From Eledone cirrhosa (Eukaryota), in contig OZ024740.1 in assembly GCA_964016885.1 (NCBI GenBank), positions 17,422,001-17,486,000 on the forward strand: 64,000 bases of DNA, in the 5' to 3' direction. This document shows, piece after piece, positions 1 to 14,710 of this stretch; the first letter of the stretch is position 1, and each line of letters opens with the position of its first letter. The translations under genes and the position numbers were made by a program. The notes under the pieces are model-generated. The model made no database searches. It was given only the letters and a program-made list of their open reading frames with translations, and was not told the origin of the DNA.

Positions 1-3000
1 AGACTTAGCTCTCTTGAGGACACCAACACAGCATTGTGTCTGGTTTTGAGGTAGACTTAGCTCTCTTGTAGACACCAACACAGCATTGTGTGTGGTCTTG
101 TGGTAGACATAGCTGTCTTGTAGACACCAACACAGCATTGTGTGTGGTCTTAAGGTAGACTTAGCTCTCTTGTAGACACCAACACAGCACTGTGTGTGGT
201 CTTGAGGTAGACATAGCTCTCTTGTAGACACCAACACAGCATTGTGTCTGGTCTTGAGGTAGACATAGCTCTCTTGTAGACACCAACACAGCATTGTTTG
301 TGGTCTTGATGTAGACTGAGCTCTCTTGTAGACGCCAACACAGCATTGTGTGTGGTCTTGAGGTAGACTTAGCTCTCTTGTAGACGCCAACACAGAATTG
401 TGTGTGGTCTTGAGGTAGACTTAGCTCTCTTGTGGACACCAACACAGCATTGTGTGTGGTCTTGAGGTAGACTTAGCTCTCTTGTAGACACCAACACAGC
501 ATTGTGTGTGGTCTTGAGGTAGACTTAGCTCTCTTGTAGACACCAACACAGCACTGTGTGTGGTCTTGAGGTAGACATAGCTCTCTTGTAGACACCAACA
601 CAGCATTGTGTCTGGTCTTGAGGTAGACATAGCTCTCTTGTAGACACCAACACAGCATTGTTTGTGGTCTTGATGTAGACTGAGCTCTCTTGTAGACGCC
701 AACACAGCATTGTGTGTGGTCTTGAGGTAGACTTAGCTCTCTTGTAGACGCCAACACAGAATTGTGTGTGGTCTTGAGGTAGACTTAGCTCTCTTGTGGA
801 CACCAACACAGCATTGTGTGTGGTCTTGAGGTAGACTTAGCTCTCTTGAGGACGCCAACACAGCATCGTGTGTTTTCTTGAGGTAGACTTAGCTCTCTTG
901 TAGACACCAACACAGCATTGTGTGTGGTCTTGAGGCAGACTTAGCTCTCTTGTAGACACCAACACAGCATTGTGTGTGGTCTTGAGGTAGACTTAGCTCT
1001 CTTGTAGACACCAACACAGCATTGTGAGTGGTCTTCAGGTAGACTTAGCTCTCTTGTAGACACCAACACACAGCATTGTGTGTGGTTTTGAGGTAGACAT
1101 AGCTCTCTTGTAGACACCAACACAGCATTGTGTGTCGTCTTGCGGTAGACTTAGCTCTCTTGTAGACACCAACACAGCATTGTGTGTGGTCTTAAGGTAG
1201 CCTTAGCTCTCGTAGACACCAACACTGCATTGTGTGTGGTCTTGAGGTAGACTTAGCTCTCTTGTAGACACCACACTGCATTGTGTGTGGGCTTGAGGTA
1301 GACTTAGCTCTCTTGTAGACACCAACACAGCATTGTGTGTGGTCTTGAGATAGACTTAGCTCTCTTGTAGACACCAACACAGCATTGTGTCTAGTCTTGA
1401 GGTAGACTTAGTTCTCTTGTAGACACCAACACTGCATTGTGTGTGGTCTTGAGGTAGACTTAGCTCTCTTGTAGACACCAACTCAGCATTGTCTGTGGTC
1501 TTGAGGTAGACTTAGCTCTCTTGTGGACACCAACACAGCATTGTGTGTGGTATTGAGGTAGACTTAGATCTCTTGTAGACACCAACACAACATTGTGTCT
1601 GGTTTTGAGGTAGACTTAGCTCTCTTGTAGACACCAACACAGCATTGTGTGTGGTCTTGAGGTAGACTTAGCTCTCTTGTAGACACCAACACAGCATTGT
1701 GTGTGGTCTTGAGGTAGACTTAGCTCTCTTGAGGACACCAACACAGCATTGTGTCTGGTTTTGAGGTAGACTTAGCTCTCTTGTAGACACCAACACAGCA
1801 TTGTGTGTGGTCTTGAGGTAGACTTAGCTCTCTTGTAGACACCAACACAGCATTGTGTGTGGTCTTGAGGACACCAACACAGCATTGTGTCTGGTTTTGA
1901 GGTAGACTTAGCTCTCTTGTAGACACCAACACAGCATTGTGTGTGGTCTTGAGGTAGACTTAGCTCTCTTGTAGACACCAACACAGCATTGTGTGTGGTC
2001 TTGAGGTAGACTTAGCTCTCTTGTAGACACCAACACAGCATTGTGTGTGGTCTTGAAGTAGACTTAGCTCTCTTGAGGACACCAACACAGCATTGTGTGT
2101 GGTCTTGAGGTAGACTTAGCTCTCTTGAGGACACCAACACAGCATTGTGTCTGGTTTTGAGGTAGACTTAGCTCTCTTGTAGACACCAACACAGCATTGT
2201 GTGAGGTCTTGTGGTAGACATAGCTGTCTTGTAGACACCAACACAGCATTGTGTGTGGTCTTAAGGTAGACTTAGCTCTCTTGTAGACACCAACACAGCA
2301 TTGTGTCTGGTCTTGAGGTAGACTTATCTCTCTTGTAGACACCAACACAGCACTGTGTGTGGTCTTGAGGTAGACATAGCTCTCTTGTAGACACCAACAC
2401 AGCATTGTGTCTGGTCTTGAGGTAGACATAGCTCTCTTGTAGACACCAACACAGCATTGTTTGTGGTCTTGAGGTAGACTTAGCTCTCTTGTGGACACCA
2501 ACACAGCATTGTGTGTGGTCTTGAGGTAGACTTAGCTCTCTTGTAGACACCAACACAGCATTGTGTGTGGTCTTGAGGCAGACTTAGCTCTCTTGTAGAC
2601 ACCAACACAGCATTGTGTGTGGTCTTGAGGTAGACTTAGCTCTCTTGTAGACACCAACACAGCATTGTGTGTGGTCTTGCGGTAGACTTAGCTCTCTTGT
2701 AGACACCAACACAGCATTGTGTCTGGTCTTGAGGTAGACATAGCTCTCTTGTAGACACCAACACAGCATTGTGTGTGGTCTTGAGGTAGACTTAGCTCTC
2801 TTGTAGACACCAACACAGCATTGTGTGTGGTCTTTAGGTTGACTTAGCTCTCTTGTAGACACCAACACAGCATCGTGTGTGGTCTTGAGGTAGACTTAGC
2901 TCTCTTGTAGACACCAACAGAGCATTGTGTCTGGTCTTGAGGTAGACATAGCTCTCTTGTAGACACCAACACAGCATTGTGTGTGGTCTTGAGATAAACT

Positions 3001-6000
3001 TAGCTCTCTTGTAGACACCAACACAGCATTGTGTGTGGTCTTGAGGTAGCCTTAGCTCTATTGTAGACACCAACACTGCATTGTGTGTGGTCTTCAGGTA
3101 GACTTAGCTCTCTTGTAGACACCAACACAGCATTGTGTGTGGTCTTGAAGTAGACTTAGCTCTCTTGAGGACACCAACACAGCATTGTGTGTGGTCTTGA
3201 GGTAGACTTAGCTCTCTTGAGGACACCAACACAGCATTGTGTCTGGTTTTGAGGTAGACTTAGCTCTCTTGTAGACACCAACACAGCATTGTGTGTGGTC
3301 TTGTGGTAGACATAGCTGTCTTGTAGACACCAACACAGCATTGTGTGTGGTCTTAAGGTAGACTTAGCTCTCTTGTAGACACCAACACAGCACTGTGTGT
3401 GGTCTTGAGGTAGACATAGCTCTCTTGTAGACACCAACACAGCATTGTGTCTGGTCTTGAGGTAGACATAGCTCTCTTGTAGACACCAACACAGCATTGT
3501 TTGTGGTCTTGATGTAGACTGAGCTCTCTTGTAGACGCCAACACAGCATTGTGTGTGGTCTTGAGGTAGACTTAGCTCTCTTGTAGACGCCAACACAGAA
3601 TTGTGTGTGGTCTTGAGGTAGACTTAGCTCTCTTGTGGACACCAACACAGCATTGTGTGTGGTCTTGAGGTAGACTTAGCTCTCTTGTAGACACCAACAG
3701 AGCATTGTGTGTGGTCTTGAGATAGACTTAGCTCTCTTGTAGACACCAACACAGCATTGTGTGTGGTCTTGAGGTAGCCTTAGCTCTCGTAGACACCAAC
3801 ACTGCATTGTGTGTGGTCTTGAGGTAGACTTAGCTCTCTTGTAGACACCACACTGCATTGTGTGTGGGCTTGAGGTAGACTTAGCTCTCTTGTAGACACC
3901 AACACAGCATTGTGTGTGGTCTTGAGATAGACTTAGCTCTCTTGTAGACACCAACACAGCATTGTGTCTAGTCTTGAGGTAGACTTAGTTCTCTTGTAGA
4001 CACCAACACTGCATTGTGTGTGGTCTTGAGGTAGACTTAGCTCTCTTGTAGACACCAACTCAGCATTGTCTGTGGTCTTGAGGTAGACTTAGCTCTCTTG
4101 TGGACACCAACACAGCATTGTGTGTGGTATTGAGGTAGACTTAGATCTCTTGTAGACACCAACACAGCATTGTGTGTGGTCTTGAGGTAGCCTTAGCTCT
4201 CTTGTAGACACCAACACTGCATTGTGTGTAGTCTTGAGGTAGACTTAGCTCTCTTGTAGACACCAACACAGCATTGTGTGTGGTCTTGAGGTAGACATAG
4301 CTCTCTTGTAGACACCAACACAGCATTGTGTGTGGTCTTGAGGTAGACATAGCTCTCTTGTAGACACCAACACAGCATTGTGTCTGGTCTTGAGGTAGAC
4401 TTAGCTCTCTTGTAGACACCGACACAGCATTGTGTGTGGTCTTGAGGTAGACTTAGCTCTCTTGTAGACACCAACACAGAATTGTGTGTGGTCTTGAGGT
4501 AGACTTAGCTCTCTTGTAGACACCAACACAGCATTGTGTGTGGTCTTGAGGTAGACTTAGCTCTCTTGTAGACACCAACACAGCATTGTGTGTGGTCTTG
4601 AGGTAGACTTAGCTCTCTTGTAGACGCCAACACAGAATTGTGTGTGGTCTTGAGGTAGACTTAGCTCTCTTGTGGACACCAACACAGCATTGTGTGTGGT
4701 CTTGAGGTAGACTTAGCTCTCTTGAGGACGCCAACACAGCATCGTGTGTTTTCTTGAGGTAGACTTAGCTCTCTTGTAGACACCAACACAGCATTGTGTG
4801 TGGTCTTGAGGCAGACTTAGCTCTCTTGTAGACACCAACACAGCATTGTGTTTGGTCTTGAGGTAGACTTAGCTCTCTTGTAGACACCAACACAGCATTG
4901 TGAGTGGTCTTCAGATAGACTTAGCTCTCTTGTAGACACCAACACACAGCATTGTGTGTGGTTTTGAGGTAGACATAGCTCTCTTGTAGACACCAACACA
5001 GCATTGTGTGTGGTCTTGCGGTAGACTTAGCTCTCTTGTAGACACCAACTCAGCATTGTCTGTGGTCTTGAGGTAGACTTAGCTCTCTTGTAGACACCAA
5101 CACAGCATTGTGTCAGGTCTTGAGGTAGACATAGCTCTCTTGTAGACACCAACACAGCATTGTGTGTGGTCTTGAGGTAGACTTAGCTCTCTTGTAGACA
5201 CCAACACAGCATTGTGTGTGGTCTTGAGGTTGACTTAGCTCTCTTGTAGACACCAACACAGCATTGTGTGTGGTCTTGAGGTAGACATAGCTCTCTTGTA
5301 GACACCAACACAGCATTGTGTGTGGTCTTGAGGTAGACTTAGCTCTCTTGTAGACACCAACACAGCATTGTGTGTGGTCTTGAGGTTGACTTAGCTCTCT
5401 TGTAGACACCAACACAGCATTGTGTGTGGTCTTGAGGTAGACATAGCTCTCTTGTAGACACCAACACAGCATTGTGTGTGGTCTTGAGGTAGACTTAGCT
5501 CTCTTGTAGACACCAACACAGCATTGTGTGTGGTCTTGAGGTAGACATAGCTCTCTTGTAGACACCAACACAGCATTGTGTGTGGTCTTGAGGTAGACTT
5601 AGCTCTCTTGTAGACACCAACACAGCATTGTGTGTGGTCTTGAGGTAGACATAGCTCTCTTGTAGACACCAACACAGCATCGTGTGTGGTCTTGAGGTAG
5701 ACTTAGCTCTCTTGTAGACACCAACAGAGCATTGTGTGTGGTCTTGAGATAGACTTAGCTCTCTTGTAGACACCAACACAGCATTGTGTGTGGTCTTGAG
5801 GTAGCCTTAGCTCTCTTGTAGACACCAACGCAGCATTGTTTGTGGTCTTGATGTAGACTGAGCTCTCTTGTAGACGCCAACACAGCATTGTGTGTGGTCT
5901 TGCGGTAGACTTAGCTCTCTTGTAGACACCAACAGAGCATTGTGTGTGGTCTTGAGATAGACTTAGCTCTCTTGTAGACACCAACACAGCATTGTGTGTG

Positions 6001-6219
6001 GTCTTGAGGTAGCCTTAGCTCTCTTGTAGACACCAACAGAGCATTGTGTGTGGTCTTGAGATAGACTTAGCTCTCTTGTAGACACCAACACAGCATTGTT
6101 TGTGGTCTTGATGTAGACTGAGCTCTCTTGTAGACGCCAACACAGCATTGTGTGTGGTCTTGAGGTAGACTTAGCTCTCTTGTAGACGCCAACACAGAAT
6201 TGTGTGTGGTCTTGAGGTA

Positions 6220-9200
6220 GACTTAGCTCTCTTGTGGACGCCAACACAGCATCGTGTGTTTTCTTGAGGTAGACTTAGCTGTCTTGTAGACACCAACACA
6301 GCATTGTGTGTGGTCTTGAGGCAGACTTAGCTCTCTTGTAGACACCAACACAGCATTGTGTGTGGTCTTGAGGTAGACTTAGCTCTCTTGTAGACACCAA
6401 CACAGCATTGTGAGTGGTCTTCAGGTAGACTTAGCTCTCTTGTAGACACCAACACACAGCATTGTGTGTGGTTTTGAGGTAGACATAGCTCTCTTGTAGA
6501 CACCAACACAGCATTGTGTGTCGTCTTGCGGTAGACTTAGCTCTCTTGTAGACACCAACTCAGCATTGTCTGTGGTCTTGAGGTAGACTTAGCTCTCTTG
6601 TAGACACCAACACAGCATTGTGTCTGGTCTTGAGGTAGACATAGCTCTCTTGTAGCCACCAACACAGCATTGTGTGTGGTCTTGAGGTAGACTTAGCTCT
6701 CTTGTAGACACCAACACAGCATTGTGTGTGGTCTTGAGGTTGACTTAGCTCTCTTGTAGACACCAACACAGCATCGTGTGTGGTCTTGAGGTAGACTTAG
6801 CTCTCTTGTAGACACCAACAGAGCATTGTGTGTGGTCTTGAGATAGACTTAGCTCTCTTGTAGACACCAACACAGCATTGTGTGTGGTCTTGAGGTAGCC
6901 TTAGCTCTCGTAGACACCAACACTGCATTGTGTGTGGTCTTGAGGTAGACTTAGCTCTCTTGTAGACACCAACACAGCATTGTGTGTGGTCTTCAGGTAG
7001 ACTTAGCTCTCTTGTAGACACCAACACAGCATTGTGTGTGGTCTTGAGGTAGCCTTAGCCCTCTTGTAGACACCAACACTACATTGTGTGTGGTCTTGAG
7101 GTAGACTTAGCTCTGTTGTAGACACCAACACACCATTGTTTGTGGTCTTGAGGCAGACTTAGCTCTCTTGTAGACACCAACACTGCATTGTGTGTGGTCT
7201 TGAGGTAGACATAGCTCTCTTGAGGACACCAACACAGCATTGTGTGTGGTCTTGGGGTAGCCTTAGCTATCTTGTAGACACCAACACAGCATTGTGTGTC
7301 GTCTTGCGGTAGACTTAGCTCTCTTGTAGACACCAACTCAGCATTGTCTGTGGTCTTAAGGTAGACTTAGCTCTCTTGTAGACACCAACACAGCATTGTG
7401 TCTGGTCTTGAGGTAGACTTATCTCTCTTGTAGACACCAACACAGCACTGTGTGTGGTCTTGAGGTAGACATAGCTCTCTTGTAGACACCAACACAGCAT
7501 TGTGTCTGGTCTTGAGGTAGACATAGCTCTCTTGTAGACACCAACACAGCATTGTTTGTGGTCTTGAGGTAGACTTAGCTCTCTTGTGGACACCAACACA
7601 GCATTGTGTGTGGTCTTGAGGTAGACTTAGCTCTCTTGTAGACACCAACACAGCATTGTGTGTGGTCTTGAGGCAGACTTAGCTCTCTTGTAGACACCAA
7701 CACAGCATTGTGTGTGGTCTTGAGGTAGACTTAGCTCTCTTGTAGACACCAACACAGCATTGTGAGTGGTCTTCAGGTAGACTTAGCTCTCTTGTAGACA
7801 ACAACACACAGCATTGTGTGTGGTCTTGAGGTAGACATAGCTCTCTTGTAGACACCAACACAGCATTGTGTGTGGTCTTGCGGTAGACTTAGCTCTCTTG
7901 TAGACACCAACACAGCATTGTGTCTGGTCTTGAGGTAGACATAGCTCTCTTGTAGACTCCAACACAGCATTGTGTGTGGTCTTGAGGTAGACTTAGCTCT
8001 CTTGTAGACACCAACACAGCATTGTGTGTGGTCTTTAGGTTGACTTAGCTCTCTTGTAGACACCAACACAGCATCGTGTGTGGTCTTGAGGTAGACTTAG
8101 CTCTCTTGTAGACACCAACAGAGCATTGTGTCTGGTCTTGAGGTAGACATAGCTCTCTTGTAGACACCAACACAGCATTGTGTGTGGTCTTGAGATAAAC
8201 TTAGCTCTCTTGTAGACACCAACACAGCATTGTGTGTGGTCTTGAGGTAGCCTTAGCTCTATTGTAGACACCAACACTGCATTGTGTGTGGTCTTCAGGT
8301 AGACTTAGCTCTCTTGTAGACACCAACACAGCATTGTGTGTGGTCTTGAAGTAGACTTAGCTCTCTTGAGGACACCAACACAGCATTGTGTGTGGTCTTG
8401 AGGTAGACTTAGCTCTCTTGAGGACACCAACACAGCATTGTGTCTGGTTTTGAGGTAGACTTAGCTCTCTTGTAGACACCAACACAGCATTGTGTGTGGT
8501 CTTGTGGTAGACATAGCTGTCTTGTAGACACCAACACAGCATTGTGTGTGGTCTTAAGGTAGACTTAGCTCTCTTGTAGACACCAACACAGCACTGTGTG
8601 TGGTCTTGAGGTAGACATAGCTCTCTTGTAGACACCAACACAGCATTGTGTCTGGTCTTGAGGTAGACATAGCTCTCTTGTAGACACCAACACAGCATTG
8701 TTTGTGGTCTTGATGTAGACTGAGCTCTCTTGTAGACGCCAACACAGCATTGTGTGTGGTCTTGAGGTAGACTTAGCTCTCTTGTAGACGCCAACACAGA
8801 ATTGTGTGTGGTCTTGAGGTAGACTTAGCTCTCTTGTGGACACCAACACAGCATTGTGTGTGGTCTTGAGGTAGACTTAGCTCTCTTGTAGACACCAACA
8901 CAGCATTGTGTGTGGTCTTGAGGTAGACTTAGCTCTCTTGTAGACACCAACACAGCACTGTGTGTGGTCTTGAGGTAGACATAGCTCTCTTGTAGACACC
9001 AACACAGCATTGTGTCTGGTCTTGAGGTAGACATAGCTCTCTTGTAGACACCAACACAGCATTGTTTGTGGTCTTGATGTAGACTGAGCTCTCTTGTAGA
9101 CGCCAACACAGCATTGTGTGTGGTCTTGAGGTAGACTTAGCTCTCTTGTAGACGCCAACACAGAATTGTGTGTGGTCTTGAGGTAGACTTAGCTCTCTTG

Positions 9201-12200
9201 TGGACACCAACACAGCATTGTGTGTGGTCTTGAGGTAGACTTAGCTCTCTTGAGGACGCCAACACAGCATCGTGTGTTTTCTTGAGGTAGACTTAGCTCT
9301 CTTGTAGACACCAACACAGCATTGTGTGTGGTCTTGAGGCAGACTTAGCTCTCTTGTAGACACCAACACAGCATTGTGTGTGGTCTTGAGGTAGACTTAG
9401 CTCTCTTGTAGACACCAACACAGCATTGTGAGTGGTCTTCAGGTAGACTTAGCTCTCTTGTAGACACCAACACACAGCATTGTGTGTGGTTTTGAGGTAG
9501 ACATAGCTCTCTTGTAGACACCAACACAGCATTGTGTGTCGTCTTGCGGTAGACTTAGCTCTCTTGTAGACACCAACACAGCATTGTGTGTGGTCTTAAG
9601 GTAGCCTTAGCTCTCGTAGACACCAACACTGCATTGTGTGTGGTCTTGAGGTAGACTTAGCTCTCTTGTAGACACCACACTGCATTGTGTGTGGGCTTGA
9701 GGTAGACTTAGCTCTCTTGTAGACACCAACACAGCATTGTGTGTGGTCTTGAGATAGACTTAGCTCTCTTGTAGACACCAACACAGCATTGTGTCTAGTC
9801 TTGAGGTAGACTTAGTTCTCTTGTAGACACCAACACTGCATTGTGTGTGGTCTTGAGGTAGACTTAGCTCTCTTGTAGACACCAACTCAGCATTGTCTGT
9901 GGTCTTGAGGTAGACTTAGCTCTCTTGTGGACACCAACACAGCATTGTGTGTGGTATTGAGGTAGACTTAGATCTCTTGTAGACACCAACACAACATTGT
10001 GTCTGGTTTTGAGGTAGACTTAGCTCTCTTGTAGACACCAACACAGCATTGTGTGTGGTCTTGAGGTAGACTTAGCTCTCTTGTAGACACCAACACAGCA
10101 TTGTGTGTGGTCTTGAGGTAGACTTAGCTCTCTTGAGGACACCAACACAGCATTGTGTCTGGTTTTGAGGTAGACTTAGCTCTCTTGTAGACACCAACAC
10201 AGCATTGTGTGTGGTCTTGAGGTAGACTTAGCTCTCTTGTAGACACCAACACAGCATTGTGTGTGGTCTTGAGGACACCAACACAGCATTGTGTCTGGTT
10301 TTGAGGTAGACTTAGCTCTCTTGTAGACACCAACACAGCATTGTGTGTGGTCTTGAGGTAGACTTAGCTCTCTTGTAGACACCAACACAGCATTGTGTGT
10401 GGTCTTGAGGTAGACTTAGCTCTCTTGTAGACACCAACACAGCATTGTGTGTGGTCTTGAAGTAGACTTAGCTCTCTTGTGGACGCCAACACAGCATCGT
10501 GTGTTTTCTTGAGGTAGACTTAGCTGTCTTGTAGACACCAACACAGCATTGTGTGTGGTCTTGAGGCAGACTTAGCTCTCTTGTAGACACCAACACAGCA
10601 TTGTGTGTGGTCTTGAGGTAGACTTAGCTCTCTTGTAGACACCAACACAGCATTGTGAGTGGTCTTCAGGTAGACTTAGCTCTCTTGTAGACACCAACAC
10701 ACAGCATTGTGTGTGGTTTTGAGGTAGACATAGCTCTCTTGTAGACACCAACACAGCATTGTGTGTCGTCTTGCGGTAGACTTAGCTCTCTTGTAGACAC
10801 CAACTCAGCATTGTCTGTGGTCTTGAGGTAGACTTAGCTCTCTTGTAGACACCAACACAGCATTGTGTCTGGTCTTGAGGTAGACATAGCTCTCTTGTAG
10901 CCACCAACACAGCATTGTGTGTGGTCTTGAGGTAGACTTAGCTCTCTTGTAGACACCAACACAGCATTGTGTGTGGTCTTGAGGTTGACTTAGCTCTCTT
11001 GTAGACACCAACACAGCATCGTGTGTGGTCTTGAGGTAGACTTAGCTCTCTTGTAGACACCAACAGAGCATTGTGTGTGGTCTTGAGATAGACTTAGCTC
11101 TCTTGTAGACACCAACACAGCATTGTGTGTGGTCTTGAGGTAGCCTTAGCTCTCGTAGACACCAACACTGCATTGTGTGTGGTCTTGAGGTAGACTTAGC
11201 TCTCTTGTAGACACCAACACAGCATTGTGTGTGGTCTTCAGGTAGACTTAGCTCTCTTGTAGACACCAACACAGCATTGTGTGTGGTCTTGAGGTAGCCT
11301 TAGCCCTCTTGTAGACACCAACACTACATTGTGTGTGGTCTTGAGGTAGACTTAGCTCTGTTGTAGACACCAACACACCATTGTTTGTGGTCTTGAGGCA
11401 GACTTAGCTCTCTTGTAGACACCAACACTGCATTGTGTGTGGTCTTGAGGTAGACATAGCTCTCTTGAGGACACCAACACAGCATTGTGTGTGGTCTTGG
11501 GGTAGCCTTAGCTATCTTGTAGACACCAACACAGCATTGTGTGTCGTCTTGCGGTAGACTTAGCTCTCTTGTAGACACCAACTCAGCATTGTCTGTGGTC
11601 TTAAGGTAGACTTAGCTCTCTTGTAGACACCAACACAGCATTGTGTCTGGTCTTGAGGTAGACTTATCTCTCTTGTAGACACCAACACAGCACTGTGTGT
11701 GGTCTTGAGGTAGACATAGCTCTCTTGTAGACACCAACACAGCATTGTGTCTGGTCTTGAGGTAGACATAGCTCTCTTGTAGACACCAACACAGCATTGT
11801 TTGTGGTCTTGAGGTAGACTTAGCTCTCTTGTGGACACCAACACAGCATTGTGTGTGGTCTTGAGGTAGACTTAGCTCTCTTGTAGACACCAACACAGCA
11901 TTGTGTGTGGTCTTGAGGCAGACTTAGCTCTCTTGTAGACACCAACACAGCATTGTGTGTGGTCTTGAGGTAGACTTAGCTCTCTTGTAGACACCAACAC
12001 AGCATTGTGAGTGGTCTTCAGGTAGACTTAGCTCTCTTGTAGACAACAACACACAGCATTGTGTGTGGTCTTGAGGTAGACATAGCTCTCTTGTAGACAC
12101 CAACACAGCATTGTGTGTGGTCTTGCGGTAGACTTAGCTCTCTTGTAGACACCAACACAGCATTGTGTCTGGTCTTGAGGTAGACATAGCTCTCTTGTAG

Positions 12201-14710
12201 ACTCCAACACAGCATTGTGTGTGGTCTTGAGGTAGACTTAGCTCTCTTGTAGACACCAACACAGCATTGTGTGTGGTCTTTAGGTTGACTTAGCTCTCTT
12301 GTAGACACCAACACAGCATCGTGTGTGGTCTTGAGGTAGACTTAGCTCTCTTGTAGACACCAACAGAGCATTGTGTCTGGTCTTGAGGTAGACATAGCTC
12401 TCTTGTAGACACCAACACAGCATTGTGTGTGGTCTTGAGATAAACTTAGCTCTCTTGTAGACACCAACACAGCATTGTGTGTGGTCTTGAGGTAGCCTTA
12501 GCTCTATTGTAGACACCAACACTGCATTGTGTGTGGTCTTCAGGTAGACTTAGCTCTCTTGTAGACACCAACACAGCATTGTGTGTGGTCTTGAAGTAGA
12601 CTTAGCTCTCTTGAGGACACCAACACAGCATTGTGTGTGGTCTTGAGGTAGACTTAGCTCTCTTGAGGACACCAACACAGCATTGTGTCTGGTTTTGAGG
12701 TAGACTTAGCTCTCTTGTAGACACCAACACAGCATTGTGTGTGGTCTTGTGGTAGACATAGCTGTCTTGTAGACACCAACACAGCATTGTGTGTGGTCTT
12801 AAGGTAGACTTAGCTCTCTTGTAGACACCAACACAGCACTGTGTGTGGTCTTGAGGTAGACATAGCTCTCTTGTAGACACCAACACAGCATTGTGTCTGG
12901 TCTTGAGGTAGACATAGCTCTCTTGTAGACACCAACACAGCATTGTTTGTGGTCTTGATGTAGACTGAGCTCTCTTGTAGACGCCAACACAGCATTGTGT
13001 GTGGTCTTGAGGTAGACTTAGCTCTCTTGTAGACGCCAACACAGAATTGTGTGTGGTCTTGAGGTAGACTTAGCTCTCTTGTGGACACCAACACAGCATT
13101 GTGTGTGGTCTTGAGGTAGACTTAGCTCTCTTGTAGACACCAACACAGCATTGTGTGTGGTCTTGAGGTAGACTTAGCTCTCTTGTAGACACCAACACAG
13201 CACTGTGTGTGGTCTTGAGGTAGACATAGCTCTCTTGTAGACACCAACACAGCATTGTGTCTGGTCTTGAGGTAGACATAGCTCTCTTGTAGACACCAAC
13301 ACAGCATTGTTTGTGGTCTTGATGTAGACTGAGCTCTCTTGTAGACGCCAACACAGCATTGTGTGTGGTCTTGAGGTAGACTTAGCTCTCTTGTAGACGC
13401 CAACACAGAATTGTGTGTGGTCTTGAGGTAGACTTAGCTCTCTTGTGGACACCAACACAGCATTGTGTGTGGTCTTGAGGTAGACTTAGCTCTCTTGAGG
13501 ACGCCAACACAGCATCGTGTGTTTTCTTGAGGTAGACTTAGCTCTCTTGTAGACACCAACACAGCATTGTGTGTGGTCTTGAGGCAGACTTAGCTCTCTT
13601 GTAGACACCAACACAGCATTGTGTGTGGTCTTGAGGTAGACTTAGCTCTCTTGTAGACACCAACACAGCATTGTGAGTGGTCTTCAGGTAGACTTAGCTC
13701 TCTTGTAGACACCAACACACAGCATTGTGTGTGGTTTTGAGGTAGACATAGCTCTCTTGTAGACACCAACACAGCATTGTGTGTCGTCTTGCGGTAGACT
13801 TAGCTCTCTTGTAGACACCAACACAGCATTGTGTGTGGTCTTAAGGTAGCCTTAGCTCTCGTAGACACCAACACTGCATTGTGTGTGGTCTTGAGGTAGA
13901 CTTAGCTCTCTTGTAGACACCACACTGCATTGTGTGTGGGCTTGAGGTAGACTTAGCTCTCTTGTAGACACCAACACAGCATTGTGTGTGGTCTTGAGAT
14001 AGACTTAGCTCTCTTGTAGACACCAACACAGCATTGTGTCTAGTCTTGAGGTAGACTTAGTTCTCTTGTAGACACCAACACTGCATTGTGTGTGGTCTTG
14101 AGGTAGACTTAGCTCTCTTGTAGACACCAACTCAGCATTGTCTGTGGTCTTGAGGTAGACTTAGCTCTCTTGTGGACACCAACACAGCATTGTGTGTGGT
14201 ATTGAGGTAGACTTAGATCTCTTGTAGACACCAACACAACATTGTGTCTGGTTTTGAGGTAGACTTAGCTCTCTTGTAGACACCAACACAGCATTGTGTG
14301 TGGTCTTGAGGTAGACTTAGCTCTCTTGTAGACACCAACACAGCATTGTGTGTGGTCTTGAGGTAGACTTAGCTCTCTTGAGGACACCAACACAGCATTG
14401 TGTCTGGTTTTGAGGTAGACTTAGCTCTCTTGTAGACACCAACACAGCATTGTGTGTGGTCTTGAGGTAGACTTAGCTCTCTTGTAGACACCAACACAGC
14501 ATTGTGTGTGGTCTTGAGGACACCAACACAGCATTGTGTCTGGTTTTGAGGTAGACTTAGCTCTCTTGTAGACACCAACACAGCATTGTGTGTGGTCTTG
14601 AGGTAGACTTAGCTCTCTTGTAGACACCAACACAGCATTGTGTGTGGTCTTGAGGTAGACTTAGCTCTCTTGTAGACACCAACACAGCATTGTGTGTGGT
14701 CTTGAAGTAG
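6220..14710. repeat. Tandem duplication of a ~4245-bp satellite block
   Basis: ORF-track twins offset by 4245 (6327/10572, 7079/11324, 8554/12799, 10124/14369); rare variant TGTAGCCACC at ~6651 and ~10896. Confidence 0.9.
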
